Below, one piece after another: positions 1-10,569 of a stretch of 18,213 nt of DNA. The stretch lies in contig CAVYAN010000083.1 of assembly GCA_963766075.1 (NCBI GenBank), positions 1 through 18,213 of the forward strand, in the 5' to 3' direction. The position numbers and the translations under genes are program-made. Position 1 is the first letter of the stretch; the number at the start of each line of letters is the position of its first letter. Origin of the DNA: an uncultured cyanobacterium. GTDB taxonomy: Bacteria > Cyanobacteriota > Cyanobacteriia > Leptolyngbyales > Leptolyngbyaceae. Under the pieces are notes generated by a model that searched no databases, was not told the origin of the DNA, and worked only from the letters and a program-made list of their open reading frames with translations.

Positions 1-1288
<1,288 letters not shown>

Positions 1289-1693
1289 TCAAAGGCTCCC
1301 TTTACGGCTACGGATCTTGACTGTGTTAAATCTGACTAGAGTGTCTCCTGGCAATCATCGGAAAAGCCTCTCCCGTATGAGAAGCGGCTCCAGAACATTT
1401 CGTTGATGATGGCACAGGGGCAGTCCGTTCAATAAATAGATTAAGACGATTGCAGGTGCAGTTCGCTTTTGTTAAAAACTATGAACCCGAAACCATCGGC
1501 TATACCGTCAAATCATACGGGAAAGCGGGGACTTACCTGAGAGAGAGTAAAGGTTTTGTTACATTAAGTCGAGCATCAGGCGAAAAAGTGGGCAAGACCG
1601 AGCCAACCCGTGCCGGCTCTGTCTTGCCCGGGATCTGCTTACACTCTGGGCCACGATTCGCTAAACTCAAGTGTGCTGAATCTGGGGTACTGT

Positions 1694-2898
1694 ATGTCCG
1701 ATCCGCGAGTCGATCCGCAATCCGTAAGCGCTGCCGTCGCTAAGCTCTACGATACCTATCCATTTCCCCCGGAACCGATTCTGGACGAGCCGCCCCCGGG
1801 CTACAACTGGCGCTGGAAATGGACGACAGCCTATCACTTTTGCACGGGCCAAACGCCGCTGCGCCAAGATATTCGGATTTTGGATGCGGGCTGTGGGTCT
1901 GGTGTGGGGACGGAGTACCTAGTGCATCTGAATCCCCAGGCTGAGGTGACGGGGATCGACCTGAGTGCGGGCACCTTGGCGGTGGCCACGGAGCGCTGTC
2001 GGCGATCCGGCGCGGATCGCGTCAGTTTCCACCAGCTCAGCATTACTGAAGTGGATAAGTTGCCGGGACAGTTTGACTTGATTAACTGTGTGGGCGTTCT
2101 TCATCACATGCCTGATCCAATTCGCGGGATTCAGGCTTTGGCGACGAAGTTAGCGCCGGGGGGGCTGATGCATATTTTTGTCTATGCGGCCTTGGGGCGC
2201 TGGGAAATTCAGTTGATGCAAGAGGCGATCGCCCTGCTCCAGGGATCTCAGCGGGGTGACTATACGGATGGGGTCAAGGTGGGTCGCCAAATTTTCGCGG
2301 CTTTGCCCGCTGCAAATCGCTTAGTCAAGCGCGAGAAAGAGCGCTGGGCCATGGAAAACCACCGCGACGAGTGTTTCGCAGATATGTACGTTCATCCCCA
2401 GGAAATCGATTACACGATTGATACCCTATTTGAATTGATCGACGCATCGGGGCTGAATTTTTTGGGCTTTTCCAATCCTCGCAACTGGCAGTTGGAGCCG
2501 TTGCTGGGCCAAGAATCTGAACTGATGGTACGGGCCAAAGGGCTGAGCGATCGCCAACGCTATCGCCTGATCGAACTGCTCAATTCTGAAAATATCACCC
2601 ACTACGAATTTTTTCTGGCCCGCCCGCCCTTGCCGATGGCCGACTGGTCGGAGGATGCGGTTCTAGAACGGGCCGTTCCAGCACGCAGCCCCTGCATGGA
2701 AAGCTATCCCAGTACCACAATCTTCAACTACGACTATCAGGTCGTGCAACTATCCAGCCCCGAGCTGGCCTTTTTGCAGGCTTGTGACGGGAATCAAACC
2801 CAATCCGTTCAGGCCCTTTTGGCGATCGCCCCCTAAGCCTAGAGCAGGTGCGATCGCTGGCCAACCAGCAATTGATCCTCCTGAGCACTTCTCAGTGA
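1694..2898 (+). CDS. cpcM: Class I SAM-dependent methyltransferase, probable phycobiliprotein beta-subunit Asn methyltransferase CpcM; apparent 1-bp deletion at about 2829-2833 (as read, stops at 2836)
   Basis: SAM-binding motif ILDAGCGSG and FDLINCVGVLHH; N-terminal LYDTYPFPPEP..PPGYNWRW. About 400 aa and located between apcE and atp1, where I recall cpcM lying in other cyanobacteria. ATG 1694 preferred over the upstream GTG at 1610. The shifted frame 2833-2898 reads LSLEQVRSLANQQLILLSTSQ*. Confidence 0.8.
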
Positions 2899-3026
2899 TG
2901 AGCCTTCTCCGGATTAGATATGCTTCTAGGCGGAACGACAGCAGCCTCCCGCTTAATCCTCTAGCCGCTTTATTAAAAAAATGTGTGACTTGTTAGCCTA
3001 GCGACGTTAAGTATTATTACCCTGCG

Positions 3027-3035
3027 TGATATGAT
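3027..3035 (+). promoter_or_regulatory. Possible extended -10 promoter element for the atp operon
   Basis: TGaTATGAT (TGn plus TATGAT) in an AT-rich stretch about 100 bp upstream of atp1; motif match only. Confidence 0.35.
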
Positions 3036-3138
3036 TGGCGGTGGCTTGAACGCGGGATAGAAGCCAAGCCAATTCCTTCGCGAATTGGATGATTTTCACC
3101 CGCAAGCCATTACTAGCCACATCATTACTATTGCTGCA

Positions 3139-3594
3139 ATGAGGGATAATTCCCAAGGTGAATCCGTTTTGGAAGCGCCCAATAATTCTGAGTCCAATCG
3201 GTCTATGGACGAGTTCTATGCTCTCCAGAAAGAGTTATTGGTCACTACGCTAGTACTGACGGGCTTAGTTTTTGGTCCGGTTTGGTATTACTACTCCCTT
3301 AACATCGCCCTGAATTATTTATTAGGAGCGTGCACTGGTGTGGTTTACTTGAAAGTGTTGGCTAGAAATGTTGAACAACTGGGTACGGCAAAAGCCAAGG
3401 TTGGCAAATCACAAATTGCTATTTTTATTGGATTGATAATAATTGCAAGCCAATGGAATCAGCTTCATGTGCTGCCAGTTTTTTTGGGCTTTCTAACCTA
3501 TAAAGCAACGCTTTTGGTTTACACCCTAAGACTATTGTTGGTGCCGAGTTCTTCGAGCGCGGGTTCGTCCGGCGCTGAAGAAGTCAGCCTCTAG
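3139..3594 (+). CDS. atp1: ATP synthase protein I (Atp1/UncI)
   Basis: Hydrophobic protein with SMDEFYALQKELL, ALNYLLGA and FLGFLTYKA, immediately before subunit a. Start uncertain (TTG 3085, ATG 3139 or ATG 3205). Confidence 0.88.
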   Translation: MRDNSQGESVLEAPNNSESNRSMDEFYALQKELLVTTLVLTGLVFGPVWYYYSLNIALNYLLGACTGVVYLKVLARNVEQLGTAKAKVGKSQIAIFIGLIIIASQWNQLHVLPVFLGFLTYKATLLVYTLRLLLVPSSSSAGSSGAEEVSL

Positions 3595-3663
3595 CAATGT
3601 TACGGGTAGCATCTTTCATGCTCACTCCCCTGCAAACCGTTTGGTCAACCCGCTCGGAGTCCA

Positions 3664-4410
3664 ATGTTCAGTTTCATCGATACTCCAATGCTTGCCAGCC
3701 TCGAAGTGGGTCACCATTTGTACTGGTCTATCGGCAATCTCAAGATTCACGGGCAAGTTTTTATTGTCTCTTGGATAGTGATTGGGATCTTGGTGATTGC
3801 TTCCGTGCTTGCTTCCCGCGGTGCCCAACGCATTCCTCAAGGAATTCAAAACTTGATGGAGTATGCCTTGGAATTCGTCCGGGATTTAGCCAAGAACCAA
3901 CTGGGCGAAAAAGAATACCGTCCCTGGGTTCCATTTATTGGCACGCTATTTTTGTTCATCTTTGTCTCGAATTGGTCGGGTGCTTTGGTCCCCTGGAAGT
4001 TGATTAAGCTCCCAGAAGGTGAATTAGCCGCCCCTACTAATGATATCAATACCACGGTCGCATTAGCCTTGCTGGTTTCTTTGGCTTATTTTTATGCCGG
4101 ATTCAGTAAGAAAGGCTTGGGCTACTTCGCAAAATATGTGCAGCCCACTCCTGTTCTATTGCCAATCGCGATCTTGGAAGACTTTACCAAGCCCCTCTCT
4201 CTGAGTTTCCGGCTGTTTGGAAACATTTTGGCAGATGAGCTGGTGGTTGCGGTGCTGGTCCTCTTGGTGCCCCTGTTTGTACCGTTGCCTGTGATGCTTC
4301 TGGGTCTGTTTACGAGTGCTATTCAAGCCCTTGTCTTCGCCACCCTCGCGGCAGCCTACATTCATGAAGCCCTTGAGGGTCATGGTGAAGAGCATGAGGA
4401 ACACGGATGA
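3664..4410 (+). CDS. atpB: ATP synthase Fo subunit a (atpI in cyanobacterial/plastid nomenclature)
   Basis: [33 protein letters not shown] (conserved Arg) and IQALVFATL. Confidence 0.98.
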   Translation: MFSFIDTPMLASLEVGHHLYWSIGNLKIHGQVFIVSWIVIGILVIASVLASRGAQRIPQGIQNLMEYALEFVRDLAKNQLGEKEYRPWVPFIGTLFLFIFVSNWSGALVPWKLIKLPEGELAAPTNDINTTVALALLVSLAYFYAGFSKKGLGYFAKYVQPTPVLLPIAILEDFTKPLSLSFRLFGNILADELVVAVLVLLVPLFVPLPVMLLGLFTSAIQALVFATLAAAYIHEALEGHGEEHEEHG

Positions 4411-4532
4411 TTTTGGAGATTTTGAGCGTACTCCTAACGGAGTGTTCCAAGGTTCAAGGTTCAAAATCTGACTGAGTTCCTCGATTATCTTGGAGGCGGA
4501 GATTGTGGCTTGAATTGTGTTTTCTGAACCAA

Positions 4533-4563
4533 TTCAAAATCCAAAATCCAAAATCCAAAATCC
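4533..4563 (+). repeat. STRR-like heptamer tandem repeat (TCCAAAA)x~4
   Basis: ttcaaaa-tccaaaa-tccaaaa-tccaaaa-tcc between the subunit a and c genes. Confidence 0.85.
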
Positions 4564-4587
4564 CTAGTCCGTTTGTTTGTTTATTAA

Positions 4588-4845
<258 letters not shown>

Positions 4846-4852
4846 AGAATGG

Positions 4853-4929
4853 AAATGATGGGGTCGAGGTCGGGAGATAAGGGGGCAGGTTTTCTGGTTC
4901 CCCTTGCTCTTAACTTCGCTTCATCATTT
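4853..4929 (+). other. Long imperfect RNA stem-loop immediately 3' of the subunit c gene
   Basis: aaatgatgggg/cttcatcattt, cgaggt/acttcg, gggag/ctctt and aagggg/cccctt pair in nested order with many G-U pairs. Confidence 0.75.
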
Positions 4930-5030
4930 TAAGTGAGCTGCTTCAGTTAGCTTTCGGCCAACTACAATTCACGATTTCTCTTTGTTTCTATAATCTGGTC
5001 GGAAAATTCCAACCCTAGCCTTACAAGCCA

Positions 5031-5453
5031 ATGTTTGACTTTGATGCAACGCTGCCCCTGATGGCAGTTCAATTTCTTCTTCTTGTCGTTATTTTGAATT
5101 CGGTGTTCTTTAAGCCTTTAACCAAGGTGATTGAGGATCGTGCTGACTACATTCGCTCCAATGAGCTAGAGGCCAAGGAGCGGTTGGCGAAAGCGGAAAA
5201 TCTAGCTCAGCAATATGAGCAGGATTTGGCGACGACCCGTAAGCAGTATCAAGCCACGATCGCTGCGGCCCAAGCGGACGCCCAAAAAATAGCGGCCCAG
5301 CAAATTGCCGAGGCGCAACAGCAAGCACAGGCTCAGCGTGAGCAGGTCCAAAAAGAACTCGATCAACAAAAACAGGTGGCGATGCAAGCGCTAGAGCAGC
5401 AGGTGGATGCTCTGAGCCAACAAATTCTAAACAAACTTTTAGTGAATGTTTAG
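5031..5453 (+). CDS. atpF2: ATP synthase Fo subunit b' (atpG in cyanobacterial nomenclature)
   Basis: [18 protein letters not shown] followed by a Gln/Ala-rich coiled coil; position after subunit c. Confidence 0.97.
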   Translation: MFDFDATLPLMAVQFLLLVVILNSVFFKPLTKVIEDRADYIRSNELEAKERLAKAENLAQQYEQDLATTRKQYQATIAAAQADAQKIAAQQIAEAQQQAQAQREQVQKELDQQKQVAMQALEQQVDALSQQILNKLLVNV

Positions 5454-5633
5454 GGATTAGGCGTGGGGTTTGGGTGCGCTTCGATGTCAGGCAGGTTGGG
5501 TTGAGCAATGCTATGAATGATTTGTTTCTCTCCTTGGCATGTTTTGAGACCTACATGTTTTGAGATTGAAGGGTTTTACCCCCTAAGTTCTAGAGACGCA
5601 GTTTGGGAAGTTATTGTTTGGGACGTAGATGAT

Positions 5634-6179
5634 ATGGGACTTTTAGACCTAGCGATGGGGACCCGATTGCTCGCAGAAGCAGCGGCAGAAGGCGGGTTTG
5701 GGTTGAACCTCGATATTTTTGAAACCAATCTGGTGAACCTGTCGATTGTGATCGGGGTGGTGGTGTACTTCGGTCGAGGGTTCTTGAGTAAGGCGTTGGG
5801 CGATCGCAAAGCCGCGATTGCCACCGCCATTCAAGAGGCCGAGGACCGAAAGAAAAAAGCATCCGCGGCATTGGCAGAGGCTCAGCAAAATCTAGCGCAG
5901 GCCCAAGCCCAAGCCGAAAAAATTCGCGCTTCGGCTACGGATGCGGCGCAGGCTGCGAGTGCCGAGATTTTGGCCAAGGCCGAGCAAGATGTAGTCCGGA
6001 TGCGGGAAACTGCAGCTGCGGATATTACTAACGAGCAAACTCGCGTGATCAATGAGCTACGGCAGCGGGTCGTAGCCTTGGCTATGCAGAAGGTGTCTTC
6101 GGAAATTCCTGGTCGCCTCAATGACTCGACCCAGCAGCAATTGATCGATCGCAGCATTGCCATGATAGGAGAAGCCTAA
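5634..6179 (+). CDS. atpF: ATP synthase Fo subunit b
   Basis: GFGLNLDIFETNLVNL, one TM helix, coiled coil and LIDRSIA. Start probably ATG 5634 or 5655 rather than 5517; stop overlaps the delta start (TAATG). Confidence 0.96.
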   Translation: MGLLDLAMGTRLLAEAAAEGGFGLNLDIFETNLVNLSIVIGVVVYFGRGFLSKALGDRKAAIATAIQEAEDRKKKASAALAEAQQNLAQAQAQAEKIRASATDAAQAASAEILAKAEQDVVRMRETAAADITNEQTRVINELRQRVVALAMQKVSSEIPGRLNDSTQQQLIDRSIAMIGEA

Positions 6180-6730
6180 TGCAGAGTAGTTCAGTCACCA
6201 GTGCCATTGTTGCGCCCTATGCCCAAGCGTTAATGTCCTTGGCGCAGTCGCAGAATCTGGTGGATCGGTTTGGTGAAGATGTGCGCAGCTTGTTGACGAC
6301 CTTAGTTGCGTCTCCCGATTTGAAGGCGTTCTTAGCGAATCCTTTGATGCCCATGGCGGGGAAAAAAGCGGCCCTGAATCAAATCGTTGACGATCAGGTG
6401 CATCCTTATCTGAAAAATTTCCTGATGCTATTGGTGGATCGCCGTCGTATTGGTTTTTTGGACGGCATTTGTCAAGAATTCCAATCCCTGTTGCGGGATC
6501 TGAAGCAGGCTGTCCTCGCGGAAGTCACCTCGGCGGTGGAACTGAACGAAGGGCAGAAGGCTGCTGTCCGCGATCGCGTCAAGACAATGACGGGAGCCCA
6601 ATCCGTTGAGTTGGATACCCAGATTGATCCTGATCTGCTTGGCGGCGTGATTATCAAGGTCGGATCCCAAGTTGTGGATGCCAGCCTCCGCAGTCAGTTG
6701 CGGCGCATCGCTATCCGTCTTGCCGCTTAG
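6179..6730 (+). CDS. atpH: ATP synthase F1 subunit delta (atpD in cyanobacterial nomenclature)
   Basis: PYAQALMSLA, NFLMLLVDRRRI and IDPDLLGGVIIKVGSQVVDASLR. Confidence 0.97.
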   Translation: MQSSSVTSAIVAPYAQALMSLAQSQNLVDRFGEDVRSLLTTLVASPDLKAFLANPLMPMAGKKAALNQIVDDQVHPYLKNFLMLLVDRRRIGFLDGICQEFQSLLRDLKQAVLAEVTSAVELNEGQKAAVRDRVKTMTGAQSVELDTQIDPDLLGGVIIKVGSQVVDASLRSQLRRIAIRLAA

Positions 6731-6754
6731 GGATCCCCGGATTCTATTTTCCAA

Positions 6755-6796
6755 AGCCATTCCAAGAACGTTCTGAGCTGTTCTGTCGGAATGGCT
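6755..6796 (+). other. Stem-loop in the delta-alpha spacer
   Basis: agccattcc (6755-6763) is a perfect complement of ggaatggct (6788-6796), with an inner agaac/gttct stem. Confidence 0.65.
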
Positions 6797-6836
6797 CATT
6801 CCCCAAAACCTAGTCCTTCTATTTAAGTGAACTCCA

Positions 6837-8348
6837 ATGGTAGCTATCAGACCAGACGAAATTAGCAGCATTATTCGGCAGCAGATTGAACAGTATGACC
6901 AGGGCGTAAAAACCTCTAATGTGGGTACTGTGCTGCAAGTGGGTGATGGCATCGCCCGTATCTACGGCTTGGAAAAGGCCATGGCCAGCGAACTCTTGGA
7001 GTTTGAAGATGGCTCCATTGGCATTGCCCTGAACTTGGAGGAAGATAACGTTGGGGCTGTGTTGATGAGCGACGGACGCTCCATTCAAGAAGGCAGTACG
7101 GTGACGGCCACCGGACGGATTGCGCAGATTCCTGTCGGAGAAGCCTTTATTGGCCGGGTGGTTGATGCGCTGGCCCGCCCCCTGGATGGGAAAGGCGAAA
7201 TTGTCTCCAATGAGACTCGCTTGATTGAATCCATGGCTCCCGGTATCATCGCCCGGAAATCTGTGTGCGAACCGATGCAAACTGGGATTACTGCGATTGA
7301 CTCGATGATTCCCATTGGTCGGGGCCAGCGGGAACTGATCATTGGTGACCGGCAAACCGGTAAGACGGCTGTGGCTGTAGACACGATCATCAACCAAAAG
7401 GGTGAAAATGTCGTTTGCGTCTACGTGGCGATCGGTCAAAAAGCCTCTACCGTAGCCAACGTGGTAGAAACCTTGAAGAAGCGGGGCGCATTGGACTACA
7501 CCATTGTGGTTGCCGCCAATGCCAATGACCCTGCCACCCTGCAATTCCTCGCACCCTACACGGGGGCGACCTTGGCGGAGTACTTTATGTACCGCGGTCA
7601 AGCTACTCTCATCATTTACGACGATTTGTCCAAGCAGGCCCAGGCGTATCGTCAAATGTCCCTGCTGCTGCGGCGTCCGCCCGGTCGGGAAGCCTATCCC
7701 GGCGATGTGTTTTACCTCCACTCTCGCTTGTTGGAGCGGGCGGCAAAACTGAGTGACGAACTGGGTGGTGGTAGCATGACGGCTTTACCGATTATCGAAA
7801 CCCAGGCGGGTGACGTTTCGGCTTACATTCCCACGAACGTGATTTCGATTACCGACGGTCAAATCTTCCTGTCCTCTGACCTGTTTAACTCGGGTCTACG
7901 TCCGGCAGTGAACCCTGGGATCTCGGTGTCTCGGGTAGGTTCGGCGGCCCAAACCAAGGCGATGAAGAAGGTTGCCGGGAAGGTGAAGCTGGAACTAGCC
8001 CAGTTTGACGACTTGCAAGCCTTTGCCCAATTTGCCTCTGACTTGGACAAAGCCACGCAAAACCAATTGGCACGGGGTCAGCGGCTGCGGGAAATCCTGA
8101 AGCAACCCCAAAATTCTCCCTTGTCTGTAGGCGAGCAGGTGGCGATTATCTATGCTGGGATCAATGGCTATCTGGATGAAATTCCGGTGGAAAAAATCAC
8201 TGCCTTCACCAAGGGTTTGCGCGACTACCTGAAGACCAGTGTGGCGCAGTACGGCGAAATCATCCGCACCGGTAAGGCACTGACGGATGAAGCAGAAGGG
8301 CTGTTGAAGACGGCGTTGGTGGATTATAAGAAGACCTTCTTGGCATAG
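6837..8348 (+). CDS. atpA: ATP synthase F1 subunit alpha
   Basis: IRPDEIS, Walker [33 protein letters not shown]; 503 aa. Confidence 0.99.
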   Translation: MVAIRPDEISSIIRQQIEQYDQGVKTSNVGTVLQVGDGIARIYGLEKAMASELLEFEDGSIGIALNLEEDNVGAVLMSDGRSIQEGSTVTATGRIAQIPVGEAFIGRVVDALARPLDGKGEIVSNETRLIESMAPGIIARKSVCEPMQTGITAIDSMIPIGRGQRELIIGDRQTGKTAVAVDTIINQKGENVVCVYVAIGQKASTVANVVETLKKRGALDYTIVVAANANDPATLQFLAPYTGATLAEYFMYRGQATLIIYDDLSKQAQAYRQMSLLLRRPPGREAYPGDVFYLHSRLLERAAKLSDELGGGSMTALPIIETQAGDVSAYIPTNVISITDGQIFLSSDLFNSGLRPAVNPGISVSRVGSAAQTKAMKKVAGKVKLELAQFDDLQAFAQFASDLDKATQNQLARGQRLREILKQPQNSPLSVGEQVAIIYAGINGYLDEIPVEKITAFTKGLRDYLKTSVAQYGEIIRTGKALTDEAEGLLKTALVDYKKTFLA

Positions 8349-8358
8349 ATCACTGGGT

Positions 8359-8395
8359 TCGGGCATGGGCCGTTTGACTGCCTATGCCCGATTTT
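8359..8395 (+). terminator. Terminator-like hairpin between alpha and gamma
   Basis: tcgggcatgggc-N9-gcctatgcccga (12 bp, one G-U pair) followed by tttt. Confidence 0.65.
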
Positions 8396-8439
8396 CCCTT
8401 GCATCGCCCCTCATTCAGGCCATGACTGGTAGAGGGCAT

Positions 8440-8467
8440 CCCCTCACCTCTTACCCCTCACCCCTTA
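8440..8467 (+). repeat. STRR-like heptamer tandem repeat (CCCCTYA)x4
   Basis: cccctca-cctctta-cccctca-cccctta ending 7 bp before the gamma ATG. Confidence 0.7.
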
Positions 8468-8474
8468 TTCTGCT

Positions 8475-9419
8475 ATGCCTAACCTCAAATTTATTCGCGA
8501 TCGCATTCAGTCGGTCAAGAACACCAAGAAAATTACCGAAGCCATGCGCCTAGTGGCGGCAGCCAAGGTGCGTCGGGCGCAGGAACAAGTCACGGCGACC
8601 CGGCCCTTTGCCGATCGCCTTGCCCAAGTTCTTTATGGGCTGCAAAACCGCCTCAAGTTTGAGGAAGCTAACCTGCCGCTGCTACGGAAGCGGGATGTAA
8701 AAACCGTCGGACTGTTGGTCATTTCTGGCGATCGGGGCCTGTGTGGTGGCTATAACGGTAACGTTATCCGCAAGGCCGAAACCCGTGCTAAGGAGCTCAA
8801 AGCCCAGGGCATTAACTACAAGTTCATCCTGGTGGGTCGTAAATCTACTCAGTACTTCCAACGCCGGGAACAGCCTATTGAAGGCACCTATACGAATCTC
8901 AACCAGGTGCCCACCGCCGCCGAAGCCGCTAAAATCTCTGATGAGCTGCTGTCGTTGTTTTTGTCTGAAGAAGTGGACCGGGTGGAGCTGATCTACACGC
9001 GGTTTGTATCTTTGATTAGTTCCCGTCCGGTGATTCAAACCCTCTTGCCTTTGGATCCCCAGGGCTTGGAAGATACCGATGACGAAATCTTCCGGTTGAC
9101 CACGCGCGGTGGCCAGTTTCAGGTGGAACGCGAAAAGGTGTCGGCTCCGTTGGAAAACTTCCCCCCAGACATGATCTTTGAACAGGATCCTGTACAGATT
9201 TTGGATGCCTTGCTGCCGCTGTATTTGAACAATCAACTGCTGCGCGCCCTGCAAGAGTCTTCCGCTAGCGAATTGGCTGCTCGGATGTCGGCCATGAGCA
9301 ACGCCACTGAAAATGCCAAGGAATTGATTAAGACGTTGTCGCTTTCCTACAACAAAGCTCGCCAAGCGGCCATCACCCAGGAAATTCTGGAAGTAGTTGG
9401 CGGGTCGGAAGCGCTATAG
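8475..9419 (+). CDS. atpG: ATP synthase F1 subunit gamma (atpC in cyanobacterial nomenclature)
   Basis: [24 protein letters not shown], cyanobacterial insert [12 protein letters not shown] and [17 protein letters not shown]. Confidence 0.99.
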   Translation: MPNLKFIRDRIQSVKNTKKITEAMRLVAAAKVRRAQEQVTATRPFADRLAQVLYGLQNRLKFEEANLPLLRKRDVKTVGLLVISGDRGLCGGYNGNVIRKAETRAKELKAQGINYKFILVGRKSTQYFQRREQPIEGTYTNLNQVPTAAEAAKISDELLSLFLSEEVDRVELIYTRFVSLISSRPVIQTLLPLDPQGLEDTDDEIFRLTTRGGQFQVEREKVSAPLENFPPDMIFEQDPVQILDALLPLYLNNQLLRALQESSASELAARMSAMSNATENAKELIKTLSLSYNKARQAAITQEILEVVGGSEAL

Positions 9420-9452
9420 CGTTCTCATTCCTCGTGCAAAATATCTAAGATC

Positions 9453-9490
9453 AGATCCCTGGGATTTCTGAAAATCCCAGGGATCTTTTT
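9453..9490 (+). terminator. Intrinsic terminator of the atp operon
   Basis: Perfect 15-bp inverted repeat agatccctgggattt-ctga-aaatcccagggatct followed by tttt, between convergent genes. Confidence 0.88.
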
Positions 9491-9498
9491 GCTTATGC

Positions 9499-10509
9499 TT
9501 ACTTCAACTGAATTCTTGGGTCAATCCAGGCGTAGGCTAAATCCACGGCGAGATTGACTAAAACAAACGCGATCGCCACCGCCATCACGCCCCCCTGGAC
9601 CACCGGATAATCCCGTGCCAGAATGCCATCATAGATCCAGGCCCCTACACCGGGCCATGCAAAAATCGTTTCCGTAAGAATGGCTCCGCCCAGCAAAGTG
9701 CCAAATTGCAGCCCCGCGATGGTGATGATCGGCAAGAGCGCATTTTTCAAGGCATGGTAAGCGATAACCCAAAACTCGGGTAATCCTTTAGCGCGGGCCG
9801 TGCGGACATAGTCTTGGGATAAGGTTTCGAGCAGGGCGCTGCGGGTAATGCGGGCCAGAATAGCTAGAGGAATTGTGCTGAGGGTGGCCGCAGGTAGGAT
9901 TAGATGTCGTAAGACATCGCCACACAGCGGCAGGTTGGCTTGTAGTAGGGTATCCAGCAGATAAAAGCCGGTTCGAGGCTGCAGATGGAATCCCCCATCG
10001 ATACTAATTCGTCCACTGGCCGGAAGCCAGTGCAAATTGACTGCAAAGAGGTAAATCAGCAGCAGGCCCAACCAGTACACCGGCAAAGAGACACCGAGTA
10101 ATGACCCCGTCATGATGCCTTGATCCAGCCAGCTATTTTTGCGGATGGCGGCCAGGATGCCGCTGGGAATTCCCAGGCATAGGGCGATCGCCATGGCCCC
10201 CAGCGCCAATTCTACCGTAGCGGGAAATCGCACCTGCAACTCTTGGAGCACAGGCACTCCACTGAGAATGCTTTTACCCAAATCACCCCGGATCAACTGC
10301 ATTAGGAAATGCCAATACTGCAGCGGTAGGGGCTGATTCAGGCCCAATTGCTGCTGCAGCGCCAGCACCTGTTCCGGCGTTGCCCGTTCCCCTAATAGGA
10401 TGAGTGCCGGATCGCCCGGAATCAAATGCAGTAGCGTGAAGACTAAAAGAGTGATGCCCAGCAGAACGGGAATCAATCCAAGTAAACGGTTTGTGACGTA
10501 ACGCCCCAC
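9499..10509 (-). CDS. dppB: Peptide/nickel ABC transporter permease, DppB/OppB family
   Basis: LLHLIPGDPA, RFPATVELA, EAA-like loop LSQDYVRTARAKGL, ETIFAWPG, RDYPVVQG and DPRI; GTG start. Confidence 0.92.
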   Translation of the reverse strand: MGRYVTNRLLGLIPVLLGITLLVFTLLHLIPGDPALILLGERATPEQVLALQQQLGLNQPLPLQYWHFLMQLIRGDLGKSILSGVPVLQELQVRFPATVELALGAMAIALCLGIPSGILAAIRKNSWLDQGIMTGSLLGVSLPVYWLGLLLIYLFAVNLHWLPASGRISIDGGFHLQPRTGFYLLDTLLQANLPLCGDVLRHLILPAATLSTIPLAILARITRSALLETLSQDYVRTARAKGLPEFWVIAYHALKNALLPIITIAGLQFGTLLGGAILTETIFAWPGVGAWIYDGILARDYPVVQGGVMAVAIAFVLVNLAVDLAYAWIDPRIQLK

Positions 10510-10569
10510 AAATCCTAGCTCCTCGTGATCTGCGGTTATTATGGTTCAGGTTAGCGTGGATAATGCGGC

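Noticed and set aside
1546..1565. NtcA or RpaB (HLR1) site in the apcE-cpcM spacer
   Set aside because: GTA and TAC are 10 bp apart rather than 8, and only one GTTACATT half-site is present.
1450..1743. 97-aa ORF in the apcE-cpcM spacer
   Set aside because: TTG start, overlaps cpcM in another frame, covers the expected divergent promoters and has no recognisable motif.
6819..7721. 300-aa antisense ORF in atpA, and similar ones in gamma (8682-9365) and dnaK
   Set aside because: Shadow ORFs opposite conserved, codon-biased genes, with no recognisable protein features.
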